This document shows positions 62,194 to 64,000 of a stretch of DNA of 64,000 bases, one piece after another. The notes beneath the pieces were generated by a model. It was not told the DNA's origin. It searched no databases and was given only the letters and a program-made list of their open reading frames with translations. The translations under genes and the position numbers were made by a program. The DNA is from Nanobdellota archaeon (GTDB lineage Archaea > Aenigmatarchaeota > Aenigmatarchaeia > Aenigmatarchaeales > Aenigmatarchaeaceae): NCBI GenBank assembly GCA_018901755.1, contig JAHIDZ010000021.1, positions 2,467 through 66,466 on the forward strand, given 5' to 3'. Position 1 is the stretch's first letter, and each line of letters opens with the position of its first letter.

Positions 62194-64000
62194 TCAACTC
62201 GCGAACTCCACAAACTTACCCATACTTCCATCACAAGAAAAGTATAAACCAGACTTACATTCTGGGCAAACGCCCATAAGCGGTGGTCGTCTAAATTCCC
62301 AGTGGCACTTCTTACATACAACGGCATTATAGTTCTTAAGTGTTGTTCTCTCTGGTGAATCTGCGCCTTTGCTTAATATGTCTCCTAAATTCTTTTGTCT
62401 TGATCCTTCTAGTAATTCAGATGAACTAATACCGCATACTTCAAATATTCTTTCTATCGGTGGCATTACTTGATTTTGAATATAATATACCGGATCAACT
62501 TCAAGTCCTTTTTCTCTAACATATGCTGGATCTTCAGCACGTTTTGATACAAGTTGATTGCCCTTCACTATAACATATCCTAATCGTTCACCGACCATAC
62601 TCCCAAGATTTGGATCGCGCGCTATCATTTTTCTAGCAAGCTCAACATGAGGAACTGTTCCATCATATTTGTCTAAATCTTTAGTCACTGCTTTAATGAT
62701 TGTTAGGTCGTCAAGAACAACCAATCCTTTAGATATGTCATGCGCGATGTCTCTAACATGTCTTGCTGCTTTCGATATGTCTCCTTCCATAAGTATAATC
62801 TCTAAAACTTTCTTCATCGTGCCTGTTGTTAGCTTACACCAGTCTCTTCTGACTGTTTCAATACCTTTCATTATCATCTTATCTTTCCAAACACCATCCG
62901 ATTTTGTAAATGACCAAGCGGCGTATCTTTTCTTAGAAAGTATTAAGAAACGCTTGAAAAGTTTTTCAAATTGTAATTCTAATCCGTCCAACCTATCTGT
63001 AACAAACTTAGCTATCTCATCTCCAAGCAGACTGGCCTGATCTAAATCAGTTATGTCTGTTTTAACAAATACGCTGTCTGTATCTCCATAGATAACTTTA
63101 ACATTAAAATTATCTTCAACTAGTTTCTTAGTCTTAGCAATGTTCTCTCTTCCCCAGGCTGTAATAGATGCAGCTACTTCTGGTACATAAAATTTAGCTC
63201 CCACAAATCCAATATACCCCCACAATGAAACTAACATTCCCTTTAGTGCGTATTGTTTAGCGTCAAGTATTCTAAGCTTCTCTTCGTCTCTTTCGTCTTT
63301 CATTAATTTTTTGATTTCGAATCGAGTATCAAAATAATATCTTGCAACGTGTGGAAAGATTCCTTCTCTAAGATTCTTCCGTGCAAACTTTGCGCCAATT
63401 GGAGATAAATTATAATCAGTAGCAGCAACACTATCATCTTTCACAAGAACAGATGGACAAATATTATAGTGCATAATCATCGAAGGATACATTGACTTAA
63501 AATCTAATACTAAAACACAGCCATCTTTATGCAGACCGACAGTTGGTTCTAATACCGTAGCACCTTTGAATTTAATTTCTCTAGTATCTGAAAATGGTTC
63601 ATGTTTTGGTTTACATGGCATGATTGTATTTTTCTTTTTTAATTCGTGCAACAATGCATTTTCATGACGAGCAGTTTGACCAGACATTAAATCTTCTAAA
63701 ACTAGCCCAGAAAGTTTCGACATTTCAATAAATTTATTCATATCAACAAGTTTATGACTAGTAACTAATTCGAGAGCTAACTCAGAATCAACTCTACAGT
63801 AATGCGCAAATTTTTCTATATCTTCACGTGTTCCTCTCCACAATTTTGCCATTTCTTTCCATGACCCAACCTCAACTTTACCTTTTCCAAGCAAAGCCAT
63901 TGAAACTGTATTAAGATCAAATCTAGCAAGTCTATGTGGTTGATCATAAACAGAAAGATATCTAATAATGTAGTATGGATCAATTATTGTTCTTCCGCTT
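62194..64000 (-). CDS. polB: Family B DNA polymerase, C-terminal part (N-terminus beyond window end)
   Basis: Motif A region LVLDFKSMYPSIM, motif C VIYGDTDSVFV and KKRYA, plus the C-terminal Cys4 CKKCHWEF..CPECKSG. The reading frame stays open upstream of the first Met to position 64000. Confidence 0.9.
   Translation of the reverse strand, partial: SGRTIIDPYYIIRYLSVYDQPHRLARFDLNTVSMALLGKGKVEVGSWKEMAKLWRGTREDIEKFAHYCRVDSELALELVTSHKLVDMNKFIEMSKLSGLVLEDLMSGQTARHENALLHELKKKNTIMPCKPKHEPFSDTREIKFKGATVLEPTVGLHKDGCVLVLDFKSMYPSMIMHYNICPSVLVKDDSVAATDYNLSPIGAKFARKNLREGIFPHVARYYFDTRFEIKKLMKDERDEEKLRILDAKQYALKGMLVSLWGYIGFVGAKFYVPEVAASITAWGRENIAKTKKLVEDNFNVKVIYGDTDSVFVKTDITDLDQASLLGDEIAKFVTDRLDGLELQFEKLFKRFLILSKKRYAAWSFTKSDGVWKDKMIMKGIETVRRDWCKLTTGTMKKVLEIILMEGDISKAARHVRDIAHDISKGLVVLDDLTIIKAVTKDLDKYDGTVPHVELARKMIARDPNLGSMVGERLGYVIVKGNQLVSKRAEDPAYVREKGLEVDPVYYIQNQVMPPIERIFEVCGISSSELLEGSRQKNLGDILSKGADSPERTTLKNYNAVVCKKCHWEFRRPPLMGVCPECKSGLYFSCDGSMGKFVEFAS

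Noticed and set aside
62190-62327. 46-codon N-terminal extension of the deoxyribosyltransferase-like ORF overlapping polB
   Set aside because: The extension overlaps the polB Cys4 ribbon in another frame. The family-typical MKIFL start lies just after the polB stop.
1-64000. tRNA, rRNA, RNase P/SRP RNA or C/D-box sRNA genes in intergenic gaps
   Set aside because: There are no GC-rich structured islands, which would stand out in this AT-rich sequence. I found no paired C (RUGAUGA) and D (CUGA) boxes in the gaps I read. A covariance-model scan (tRNAscan-SE, Infernal) would be needed to be certain.

Overview
This is a strongly AT-rich, very gene-dense stretch of archaeal chromosome, with many 1-8 nt gene overlaps. 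The archaeal assignment rests on an archaeal-type TyrRS, an aCPSF2-like beta-CASP RNase, AglB/STT3 (WWDPG motif), an AglH-like GlcNAc-1-P transferase, SecF/SecD, NAC and a family-B DNA polymerase (YGDTDS). A small-genome lineage such as DPANN is inference only.

Layout:
1. 1-5148 (minus): the first 1716 codons of a giant LamG + beta-helix surface protein. It is missing from the supplied ORF track because it runs off the window without a stop.
2. 5174-10157: an accessory toxin-antitoxin/defence-type islet. It holds an AlbA_2/Schlafen-like ATPase-wHTH protein, an AbiEi/AbiEii-like pair with paired operator-like repeats, a further nucleotidyltransferase, a HEPN-like + MNT pair and decayed gene fragments.
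3. 10217-15670: serS, tyrS, a beta-CASP RNase interrupted by a 435-aa LAGLIDADG intein, hsp20, and an unlisted 45-codon basic/acidic ORF.
4. 15709-55391: a ~40 kb glycan/N-glycosylation supercluster. It contains aglB, seven glycosyltransferases (GT2, GT4, GT39), a GlcNAc-1-P transferase, two Wzx-like flippases and two divergently oriented acetyltransferase-aminotransferase-oxidoreductase cassettes. It also contains four cobalamin-domain radical SAM paralogues, FemAB-like and DUF362-ferredoxin genes, and an AsnB-like amidotransferase. A bacterial-looking LpxA-like/FabG-like/ceramidase-like/acyl-CoA-synthetase group, an RHH-led six-gene operon and an embedded HNH homing-endonuclease gene are also present.
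5. 55442-64000: secF, secD, a free-standing LAGLIDADG/HTH gene, nac, small genes, a TctA-like permease, a deoxyribosyltransferase-like gene and polB (runs off the window).

No rRNA, tRNA or CRISPR array was recognisable by eye. Several ORF-track starts use TTG/GTG and look over-extended; I give refined starts where a motif supports them.
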